Below, piece after piece: positions 38,601-50,600 of a stretch of DNA of 64,000 nt. Numbering within the stretch: the first letter of the stretch is position 1; each line of letters opens with the position of its first letter. The position numbers were made by a program, and so were the translations under genes. Below the pieces are notes generated by a model. The model made no database searches and was not told the origin of the DNA. It was given only the letters and a program-made list of their open reading frames with translations. Source of the DNA: Laetmonice hystrix (lineage: Eukaryota); NCBI GenBank assembly GCA_965235115.1, contig OZ249436.1, positions 20,646,001 through 20,710,000 on the forward strand, given 5' to 3'.

Positions 38601-41600
38601 CCACGGTCCTTGTCAGACGTGGTCTCTGAGGGTGCCGTGTGTGCCCCTGGTGAATTGAGTAGAACGGAAAATGTGCCTTGGCGATTTACTTGTAATATCT
38701 GTCATCATCTTAGGATGCTGAATAGATTCGGACAGCTCATGGTGGCAGGCGTTGCCTTATCATCCCTACACTATGGCCTACGTATGGTGCTTCTTACTTT
38801 TTTTAATTACAAGACCATTTTAAAGTCCTATAGTTCATAACTGTATGAAAATCAAAAACCTATTTCTAAGTCTAATACGTTCCAAATTTACAATATATAT
38901 AATCTTGGCTTGCACAATAAGCCAACCCTAGACACGTAAAACCAGAGGACGCCCGCGCACTGGCAAGCGGAAGTCGTGACGACGTGGCAACCAATGCCTT
39001 TCATTAGCACCAGTAAACAAGGCACGGCCGCACGAGACGAGATCAAATGTGTTCGAACGTTCCGTCTGGCCTGCACGTGTTTCTCGAACAGACGCGGGTA
39101 TAGGGCAGCAACTGGAAAGCTAACATCCTCCTCTGACCACTGACTGGCTGTGTACTTATAGTACGATCACATTAAATCGAGAACCAGCAGGGAATCACAG
39201 ACCAACGTGTTCCCACGAACATAGCCATGCGAAAATAATTTATCTAGTCAAAAATACTTATCAATCTATTTTACCGATTGAACACAACCGATGAACATAA
39301 CTTGGTAGGAGAACTAGAGTCGAGCCTGGCAAAATGCCGTTCCCAATCCCGCTATCCTGGTGGGCTAATGAAGAGAAAACCAAACAGTACGTGAGGCTCT
39401 GACCTAGAGGGCGCTGCGAACCTGTTCCCTGCGCGCGCAGCTGGGCTAGAGCTGCTGCAGGCGGCCGTGCCAGCTGTGTTTATCACCTGATATAAAGTTT
39501 TCGTCATAAACATTTCCTTCAGAATTCCTTCTTCTGCAAGTAAATACTAACGGTGGTGATTTACAGCTGCTGCCTACCGACAGGTCCCGGTCGGGCAGTA
39601 TCGGCGGCGGACAGTTTACCGAGACAGTGAGGGGGACCCCCCCCCCCCCCCCAATCCAGTGAGCCCCCCCCCCCCCAACATCCAGTGAGGGCCTACCTCA
39701 GTATCTGAACCCCTAATCTTTGCTCCAGGCGCCAGTTTCTATCCTGACCGGTACCACACTATCACATCATCAAAATGGAATTCTTCATGACCAAACTTTC
39801 CATAGTTTTCTCTTTAAACTATCAATAACCTTGGCCTTTTTATAACGCAGAACAAAATAAAGGGGCAGAATTTTCGTGTTTCGGGGAAGGATTACAAATC
39901 TGTAATTCCCACTCACCGGTAGTCCAGGTGGCCCTCGAATGACGCGGGCTTCTGTGATGTAGTTTGGTATATCTCCCGGAGGTCCCTGAAATACATAGTT
40001 AAAACTCCAATTATTGATCATGCCACGGCTAACTCTTCAACATTACCTAGTTATATTTGCGTACATTTTTAACTGACTCCCTAGAGCCACATTTCTCAAC
40101 TACTAACTGCACCTCGAACCCACTATGTACCTTATCAAAGGTTTATTCCCCCTCTCGGGCACACCTAACAGTACTGCCAACCACATATTTCTTTGGCCAA
40201 GACGGAGCTGTGAGACGTTCTGGTGAACTTTGTGAGAGAAGGCAGAGGGCTGATTTCAACCAGCGGGTTTTCTGATAGAAGACCGATGCCAGCCTGCCAC
40301 TTTGGCCGAGCCGTTTGTGAGTTGGGGCAGTGGCACACCAGGCTTGGCCGACAATATTAACTACGACTGTGGTGTAGTGGTTCCACCTTCTTCTCGGATT
40401 TCCATCGCAACGACTGCAGCTGCTTCCGCATTCCAAATATCTTGTTAACGCTTCTTACAGACAGGTCAAATAACACAACCATTAAAAACATCTCCTTCTG
40501 GTGCGTGGACGAATTAGGCACACTCTAATTCGACGATCATCTTGTAGTGACATTTTTGTGACCTTCCTATCTCGCTGACTATAACAGAGGCGGATAAATT
40601 CACCTCTGATGAGGGTTTTCTAGTCGCATACACGATAATCTCTATACAACGATCATCGTGAAAAAAAGGAAAGGGCCTGCCATTAAGAACATAGTACCAT
40701 CTGTTGCCAGTTCTAGTCACGCTTCCCTACCCAGGTAATGACTCAGAAAATAATATCAACATCTGTTTTAACCTCCATCCCCTCAAAAAATGGGCAGGCT
40801 TTTTGCCGTCCTTCAAGCACAAGGATGATAAATGGGACACAGCTTTTCGCCCCGTCTCCAATCCTGTTTTGAAAGCTCTAAAATCGTAGAAATTCTACAT
40901 TCCAGACTCAGGCACTTTACTTTAATGAAGAATAAAACACGTGAACTCGTATTAGAGACACGAGTTAAGAATTACTTTAAACCGTCAGTGGTTCACATTT
41001 TCATTTTGAAGTTTTGCCTGGAATACTTCAGAAACTTCCGATGGGTCACCAAGATCAATACAGCTTTTCCAATGTCGTGGTAAACGATCGCCAATATTTC
41101 TTTTGGCGTAAGACAATCCGATTCCAATCCCAGTATGCGCAAGTCTCACTTCACCAAGAACATTATCAAACCAACAAACCACTTAGCCATTGAGGATCCA
41201 AACGTTTTGCCACGTTCCAAAGCACCCCCACAATAGCTAGCATGTAGGGGGAGGGGCCTGTTTATTTACCCCGGCGAGGTGTGTGCTGAGAGGTACTCAG
41301 ACTTTGAAGTGGCATCTATTATTTGCTTCAATGACAGGGGGCTGTTCTCGAGGCACATTAGAGGACTCGGAGGTGTTGGACCAATGAACGGTTGACGTGC
41401 CTTGGCTTGTCTCTGCCCTGACCCCTACCTCCTTATGGTCGGCCCATGACTGACTAATAGCCAACAGCCATTGACCTCGGTCTCTCGGAATAATTAGCTG
41501 AAACCAACCATTTGGAGCGACAGTTCCGGCCAGATTTATCCACCAAGTCACTCTACATGACCAACCCGTTTCCTTGTACCGACAGATCTTCTTTCTTGGT

Positions 41601-44600
41601 TAGATGGGTTGGTATCTTTAATTAACCTTCGAAGTTCCAGAAATAAGCGTTTGTCACTTTACGTCATTCATTTTTCATAGAACACATCGAAATCTTGGCA
41701 TTACCATGTTAAATATACAACGTAGAGACGGAAATTAGCACACATTGTGCAAGACACGTTATGTTCTCGCCATTTCTATCACTTTAAAACGGTAAGAATA
41801 CGGTTACCGAGAAGGGATTGCCTGTTTTTGTTTGGGGCCATCCCAGCCAAAAACAACCTCGTATTGACGGAGGATCCTGCCCCAGTCTACCCTCGGGCTT
41901 GTCATCACCATTCTGCTGGCCAAGGCGATGCCAAGGAAAGTGAACTCTACCCTTTGGCCTTTCTGAGTGGTTTGACTTGATGTGGACGTCTGTGCCCCTA
42001 ACCCCCTCCCCCCATTCCTTACGTGCCCACTAATGGTCCATTCCCGGGGTAACCGCTACTCAGGGCACTGCCAGCTGGCGGACTAAAACTTCCAAACGTG
42101 TCTTCTTTACTTTCATTACAATTGCTTCAATTTCTTCACCTCTTTCCTTGAGGTGATCAGAGGGGCAGACTTTCTTCGGGTGATAACTGGGTCTTTAAAT
42201 GAACCGTACGCATGCCCGAAAAATACACCAATGAATGTTCCAATCTCCCGGTCTATCTCACATAACAAGGGCACTGGAACCGATCAATGGCAATTCGATT
42301 TTTCAGAAGGCCGCAACACCTTCCGAAGAACAGTTTTAAAAATACACGACACCGGGTGATTCGGGCGTTATACAAATTTTACTGAAATTGAACCTTTTAC
42401 TCGCAATTCAATGTCTACTTTTCTCTAGGTGTTTCCCGGTCCCGTTGATCTTTTTGAACCTACTGCCAACGTAAAAGTGTTCGATAGGTCGTACGTCCTC
42501 AAGTACACATACCATAGCTGAGAATTATATTCACGAAACACTTCCCGTTTCTACCATATTATACCTGAAGTACATACTATAAATGAAACATTTGAGATGA
42601 GGAATTCGGCGTTATATAAGCCTGAGCCAGGCGGTAAGACCACCCGAGGAGGTATTTACGGCCTAACAACATTGCTCCCAAAGCCTACTCCTCCTCTGTG
42701 TCCTGTGAGGGCTCCGGTATACGTGTATAACCAGTACCAATCACTGATCTCGTCCACACACCCACCACGGACGGAATGAGTGAAATACCAGTGTAGTCTC
42801 TCTCAGCACGACAAGGATCGAGTAAGATGAGCTGACCTACTCATGTACATTCAATCTAGCCTTCATTTCGAAGAATTCCGCCGCAGCAATGGGAAAGGTA
42901 CGTCCAGCTACACGGGGCGGACCACATGTTCTAAAGGTGAAGTTACTGCGCCTATATTGAAGGGTACAGGGAAGGACAGAGGACACAGATACCGAGGGCT
43001 CACTTCATGAGAGCTAATAGTGCTACGGCGTAATTTGTCTTCTTTCAACTCAGCGTTTTAGTATCCGAAGACAACATTTTCGCCACTATCTTTAGCTGAC
43101 CTCAGCCTGACAGCATTCCCTTAGGGGTGGAATTCCAAACCAGTGGCAGTGGTAAAAGTTACCCAAAGGCCTCGAGATGTCCAGGTGTTTAGTTGACATA
43201 CTGCCTTCCATAGTCCCTCAGACACAACAGCCGACAAAACTCTTGGCATCATCAAGATATACTCTCGTAGGGCGACTGTAAGACGGAGCTCGAGTACAGA
43301 GGTAGCTCCTTCAGCTCTTCCTAACAACACATTCTGACGCTGACTCCATCCACCAGAAACTATTTGGCACATTCCTGGTAGTACACCTTCAACCACCGTT
43401 GCCAACAATGATATTTAACTATGAGAACAACTGGTGTATCGGCAAGGCGGCTCCTTTGTAGACTTTATTACTGGTATCAGCAATCGGGTTGGGGGGTCCC
43501 TTTGACAAGGCTCGCAGGTCTAATGCGACATTCTCACTATTTGTAAGGGTATGGGGTGTTACCTGGTCAGGTGTCACCACCCGGTCTGCCCTCTCCACCC
43601 TCCGCTACATACCCCGTACTCTCCCACAGTACAAAACATTCACGTCTTTTAAAACCAAGAGGTACATCCGACTTTCAAACAAGGTACTCTTCAAACATAT
43701 ATTCTGACCCACAGATTTACACACAGCAAGCTATGATACTTCATACAGGCTTAGATGTCTTAAGTTCACAAGAAAATTACATTTTATGATGAAGCCCACT
43801 AACTCTGAAGGAATTTTATCATTCTGTTTTATTTTAAAACCTGCTTTTGATTCTAATATAGTTCTGTTGATCAAACAAGGTTTGAAAATCATGCCGAGAT
43901 GAAGCTGTTTGCAATATTAGTACTAACTCACCTTCGGTCCTTGAGATCCTCGGTCCCCCTGTAAAACACATCAGCAGAAAACATCACAGTAAAATACACA
44001 TTTATACCCTGACCTGGAAAAGAAGAAACCGAAGTTGTTAGCATCCCATACTCACCTATGCTCCTCAGCCCCACGGTTCCCATTTAATACCAAAACTGTA
44101 CACATCAACAGATCTCAACATCCTGTCTCTGGGATGATTTGGAAACACAGCAGCAATGAAGGGCCAGACGGGTGTTTTTGTGGAGGGATTCTATACTTGG
44201 GAAAATTCTTATCTAAGCTAAAGTTACCGCTTTTCATTTTACTAAGATTATATCTTGCCAAACTGTGATATTATTTTCATATGTTAAGGACATTTACAGA
44301 AAACGTCAGTGACGTATCATCACCTAGCAACTTACACCCCGTTTAATTGGTGTACCTCGATTCCTGCTCTGATGATAGTTAGAAGCGAGATCTCTAGTTT
44401 TACCATTTTAAAGGCCAAATTATGTGCGAGTGAAGATAAAAGTTTGTGGGACCTCCAATTCGGTACGCCTGTCCCCTCTGATCTATCGTTTGACCTTTAG
44501 TCACTACTGTCGCACTACAATCGAGTACGAAACGGCTCCACTTGTTAGAAACTAAGAGGGGGATTAACTACAAATTTCAGTCTGGGTGAAAAATAAACAC

Positions 44601-47600
44601 ATCAATACACAACCTGTGTTAGTGGATAACACGATAAATAAAATACTAACATATCAGTGATAATAAAATCAACATTTGGGTTTGCCAGGAGAATGGTTGG
44701 GGACCATGAAGTTACAGTGAGGGAGAATAGCCTCCTGACGTGCACAAACCTCAGCTGACTGTAAATAAGGTGTGCGGCGGAAAGGTTGGCTGAACGACAG
44801 GGACAGCTCTGTACAGGACACAGAGTAACAACACAAAGTGAGGACCCTGCATGGACGGAACTCCCAATTACTGCGAAAAAAAACCGGCTCTCTGATCAAC
44901 GAGCTCCCCTGGCCGGAGACTGCCCGTTGGTCATACGGACACGTACGGAGTAAGCAGTGCAGCAACGCAGCAGTGAGGCATAAACTTTACCTGGAACCAG
45001 AAAATCATTATGTACACATGTAGGACCTTTCTTGTGTTACTCACCACTGCAATACACGACACAAACGCTGCGCTTAACGTGTCTATAGTTGGTTCCGGCG
45101 TGTCTAGTTGGTTCCGGCAAAACGAGATCAAGTTGTTCCCAGTAAATCCAGGATCAAGTCATTACACAGCGTGTTCCGATCGTTAGAAAGGGACAAAACG
45201 TCGCGATATTCACAAAATGGTAGTGATCATAGTTACAGACACACACCAATCATCTTCTTGGTAAGAAAAATGTTCAGAAAGGTTGTAGCGTGTTCTACAC
45301 CTAGCCGACAAGGGGCGTTGAGGGACGCCATGACTATGTATCATTCAGTTCAGACACTGACGGATGTACCAGAAAGGATTTTGGCGGTACAATAGAATTC
45401 ATGAACGCTGAGTGATGGCTACCCATCAGTACTTTATTTCCCATTAGTCTCCCCATTAATCTGGGTTAGGAAACGAGACACCTTATCATGACTTGCCTGC
45501 GTACCTGGGAGTGAAGGCCTTCCCTGTCCTTGACAGGGTCAGAACATAATGTTGTTATCGTAACGTTGACATGTACGACTTAATAAGATTTCCCTTGTAC
45601 ATTGATAAACCTCATCAATCCGTGGTGGTTTATCAGGGGTCCGTGGAATGGGCTGGGCGGCCCCCCTCACGGTTCTCCCTGACTGACCCCCGGCCGGGAA
45701 TCCGCGGCATTCCATCGCCCTGGCCAGGACCTTTGAAGTGGCCAAATTGGTCACTGGCAGCGGGCTGCGTGTGTGCCGCTCGGCCCCACACCTGTGGATG
45801 TCCATCTCGTCATAACGTAAGTGTGTACTACTGCAAGCAGCAGCAGCCAATGTTCTCGGCCATAAACTTACCCAAACCAAAAAAAACCAAATCACTGGGT
45901 ATCTTGGTAAACTAAAAAAAATTCTTCAGGAGTCCACTTTCAGCATTAAAATCTAAGACGATCTCCAAGGTTGTACTTGAAGAAACGAGGCAATCGAATC
46001 ATCGAAGTGCAGTGTGCAGCGTGAGGGGAAGAGGATGAAAAACCGTTTTCATGTCACTAAAAAAGGTGCGTCTATCGCCCACAGCACTGTGAACGGGTGC
46101 AAATCATCACAGTGTAAGGATAGTGCTCATTCGGTACTAGTGGGCTAGTGGCAACAATATGTCATCTACACGGTAGTCTGACATTTATAAGTCAATCTAA
46201 ACAGACGGTTGCTGTCTATGAAAACAAGCAAAAAATGGCAAAACTAGTCAAGATACTAATACAAGGGGATGGGCACACTGACACAGTGGTTGACGCCTAG
46301 CTAGTTGGAGCTCTTGCGAAGTTTTTCACAAGTCTTACAATCCCGTTTAAATAGAGTACTAAATCCAGCACGAGTTTACTGATGTATTTAAAGAATAATT
46401 TATTTTGTGCAAATTTAACACGATTTAGGCATTAAAGAATTAATCGAATAACTGAAATTACGAGGAACATTAATCAAAATACTATATGCACAAGAAACAA
46501 CGAGAAGGGAATAAAGGTATGTAGACTAAATGGTAATTGTATATATTCAAGAGATACGGACAGATGGCGTCCCTTGACAAATTTGGATTTGGACACGCAG
46601 GGTCTAATCGAGGTGAACCGTTTGGTAGGAAACCGGAGGACCCCCGGGAAAACCAGCAACATTTAGAGCAGGTATCACATCTTCTCACATAATTACTGCG
46701 GCCCGAGGAGGATTCGAACCCGGAGGTGAGAGGCCCTGCAGGTCTAAGCCTTACTGTTCACACTGAGGATTTCCCCCGGGTAATACCCGGGTCAGTGGTA
46801 ACCGGGAGGTGAGAGGCCCTGCAGGTCTGAGCCTTAGGGCAGGTTCACACTGAAGATTTCCCCCGGGTAATACCCGGGTCAGTGGTAACCGGGAGGTAAG
46901 AGGCCCTGCAGGTCTGAGCCTTAGGGCAGGTTCACACTGAGGATTTCCTCCGGGTAATACCCGGGTCAGTGGTCACATACAGCCCACCAACCGGATAATA
47001 CCCGGGTCATTGATCACATACCGGGGGAAATCCTCCTAAGACAACTGAGCCACTTGCTAAAACAGTTCTCGCCATCAGACGGTGCCCTCGCCTTCGACGC
47101 CTTCGTACAGACCAGGGTTTCTCACGGGTAATACAACTCGTCATTCAAGGCATATGGTACAGACCCCTCTTTTAACTGAACAAAGTGTAAACTTTACAAG
47201 AAAGACATCACCCGTTCATATGGCGGATGAATCAAGTACTTTTAGTTTGGAAGGGGAAAGAACGAATGATGATGAAAAATTGCTTCAAGTAAGAAAAACA
47301 AACGAGTTGCACGGTGTGCGAAGTAACAGTATACAAACACTTTACGATCATAAGCCTGAAGTAACCATGGTCCTCGGGAAACCTCCATGAACAATGACAT
47401 GTTCTTGTCAACAACGAGAAAATGATGGACGGTCTCACGACATTCAAACCCACAATGGGCGATTCGTCTGCCCCGGAACATGTATCATCCGTGGTGGGGA
47501 CCGCGCTCACAACTTGACTGGGGCCCGGACTGGGGCCATCCCGGACTGGGGCCATTTCGGACTGGGGCCAGCTCGGACTGGGGCCGGCCCGGATTGGGGC

Positions 47601-50600
47601 CAGCCCGGATTGGGGCCAGCCCGGATTGGGGCCAGCCCGGACTGGGGCGGACTGGGGCCAGCTCGGACTGGGGCCGGCCCGGACTGAGGCACGCCGGCCC
47701 ACCCCTGGGCACGATATACGTCATCCTAGCCTCACGCTAAATCACGGTGGACATCACTGCGTTTTTAAACTTACTATCGTAACATGAAACTCAACATTAC
47801 TATCCAGTCCGCCTCAAACGAATCCGTTTTTTTAAGTCTGCATCAAAACTGACTTCGTTTTACATGGAGGGGTACACTTCAGCCGTTTCTAAACTCACAA
47901 ACGAGAACCAGGAAATGTAGAGCGCACTTTTTGAAACAACAGGCAGTGGATTTGTGAAGATCTGATGACGTTTTCATTATTCCTCGGATATGAACGAATT
48001 CCCTTCATCATTCCGATACTTCAGACGTCACGGAAGCGTACCGTGATGACGTAAATGACGTTGATGCTGATACATGAGTTGGTTAGATCTCCAGGTGGCC
48101 ACCAGGGGGCAGGGTTGGTGATGGATTGTATCGAACTGTACGACAGGACTCCGTTGTTTCCTGTCATTACCGATTTATCTTACACCAGAGATCTACCCGT
48201 GCTTACGTCTGCCAGAATCCGACGGTATATTGTGGGGTTGTCAGGTTTTCTGGGTTGATGTATTCGTTATGGACGAAGTATTCCCAATCCGTTGAGTGTA
48301 AGTGAAAATATAGCTAGAAGTGGACAACCGCACATAATTAATTTTTAAAAACTGGTACTGAAAAGAGTATAGTAGTGTGACATTTGACACTTTCCTTATG
48401 GCCATGACACGTCCTTCTCCTCGCCAGAACGATCACCACATCTTAGATCGACATATGCGCTTTCGCCTAAAAACCTTTAGGCCTACACCCTATTTCAGTT
48501 TTCATGTCTTCTTCGAAAGAGTAAAGAAAAACAAAAAGTGACATACGCTTTTCTCACGGAGCTGGCATATTGTAGATGTCCCCACAAACCACCGTTTGTT
48601 CGGGTGTGGAAATTTACTGGTAGCATGTGGCTATGTGATTTGTCTCTTTAGTGGGAAGGGCATTTTGAGTGCACTCGCTGTGAGACTAAAACGATGAACC
48701 CCGTCAGGTCTTCGCTCATGTCTCTGGGAACACTTATAGTTCGACGGAAGGGCATTCCGTACTTCTTCGTCATCTATCCAAGTCACGGGTGTCCGTTTGC
48801 GGTCAACACCAGCACGTGTTGTTATCATAATTAAAAACACCAATTAAACATTCTGAAGTGTGTTTTTCAATCACTGATATCACCTAGGAGTCGGTGCTAC
48901 TGACAATGATAACACAGATGTTGGGTGTTTGTCAATATGATGATCCAGCTTGACCTATTCCTGTGTCTGTCTGCTTGGAAGCCGTTAGCGCTAACACTTC
49001 TGTTTCCCATCATACCGGTTCTCCTGCCGACTGATCTGTTGTCCTGTGACCGCCCCATGCTGGCAGGAGCTTCAGTATTAATATGTGCCTGTCTCCTCAT
49101 GACATGGAGGACGCTTTGGTACAGTATAGGCATGCTGGGCAGATATGACTTGGGAAGAGGAAGTTTTGGAAGCACCGTGATGGCCATGAACAATCTGAGA
49201 CTCCTCCTCAAACACATGTTGTCCGATAAATATCTCTCACGTTCGGTACTTCCGAGCCAACTCTTCATGGAACAGGCACATGATTATTAAAACTCGTATT
49301 TTCCATGAGGAGTAATGCCACCACTCGTGAAAACAGCCCAAATCAACTGCGCCCAACCCTGGCTGTATGGGTGACTCTGTAAGTGTGTAAGAAGTACACC
49401 CTGGCAGCTGGTACGGATTAAGAGTGTTGTGGTGTCATCCTACGCTGATGATCAACTGCGTCCTCCAGGAACACTATGTCCGGACCATACGGTGTTCCTG
49501 GACCGCTCCCAGCCTCGGTCCACCGCTCGGTCCACACTCACTCGTGGGTCCTTCAGCCACTTGGCGGACATGACCAGTGGCTGCACTAGTCTCAACCCAA
49601 GGTGTCCATGGCCCAGAGGCCCCGGTCGGAAACCTTTAGGTTCCGGCGGAGAACTGCTGAAATCGTAACCATCAGTTTCCCTGCCCCAACCCCCTTCTCC
49701 TTGACGTATTCGAAAATTTGACGCAATACCTGCAGCGTTCCCGATCATTTTTAGTTAACTTCCAGTCAAAATTTCAAAAAATGCTAGCCCCCATGGTTTC
49801 CGTGTAGACTACTTGCTGAGAACCATAGGGCGTATAAACATGAGGAATCGGAGATCATTCCTAGTGTCTGGAGGGGGACCTTCTGATGCAGACAGCCACA
49901 CCTGCGGCGGCTCTCAGTGGCCTGTATAAACATGAGCTGACCTGCCAATGGTAGGCCTTTGGCCTCTCCTGGCCCTCGCTATATATAACACGTCAGATTT
50001 TGGTCAGTGCCCATTACAACGTCAAGACGGTTGCTAGCTCTCCTCGCCATCAACAACCAACATTGTCCGCCCCCCCTCCCCCTCAATCCTTTGTCCCGTA
50101 TCCATGTTTGGTCGACAGACGGCGCTGCAGGTCATTCTTGGCTTCACTCTCAAACCAGTTCTCAAATACACGTCTATGTAATGATTCAAAATTACACTGA
50201 ACATTCGTACTGTGTCCCGGTACGATTCCAAAGCCCGCAAGTTTAGTGAAAGACAAATGCCGGGAGCTACAAATACTCGTCTGGACGGTGAAAGTTGTAG
50301 GAACGAACCTATTGGTGGCAGTGTAGTCGTTCACGTGACCAGAGGCCAGCAAGCTCCAGCCAATCGAAATATTTTCCGCCGTTAGTTCATTAAGACTGTT
50401 CCAAATGATAAGATACTTCATCTATTCTGTAGCATCTATCCAGCACAAGATGTACTTCCTTGTTGTGAGCCAGTCACCCAGAAATGATTTGAACTCAATG
50501 ATTTAACGCAGAAACAACTTGTATTTCCTTCATACAGGAAACGTTCAAGCTTAGAGAACTTTCTTATTCCTCCCAGGTTCAAATAGCCTAACCCCTCCCT

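Noticed and set aside
38602-38646. 45-nt phase 0-0 segment [15 protein letters not shown] with AG/GT ends
   Set aside because: Weak donor and no family resemblance; segments like this are expected by chance.
47232-47740. Gly/Pro-rich ORFs (GPSPSWPQS..., [11 protein letters not shown]...)
   Set aside because: They derive from the 16-bp array and lack Gly-X-Y periodicity and splice sites.
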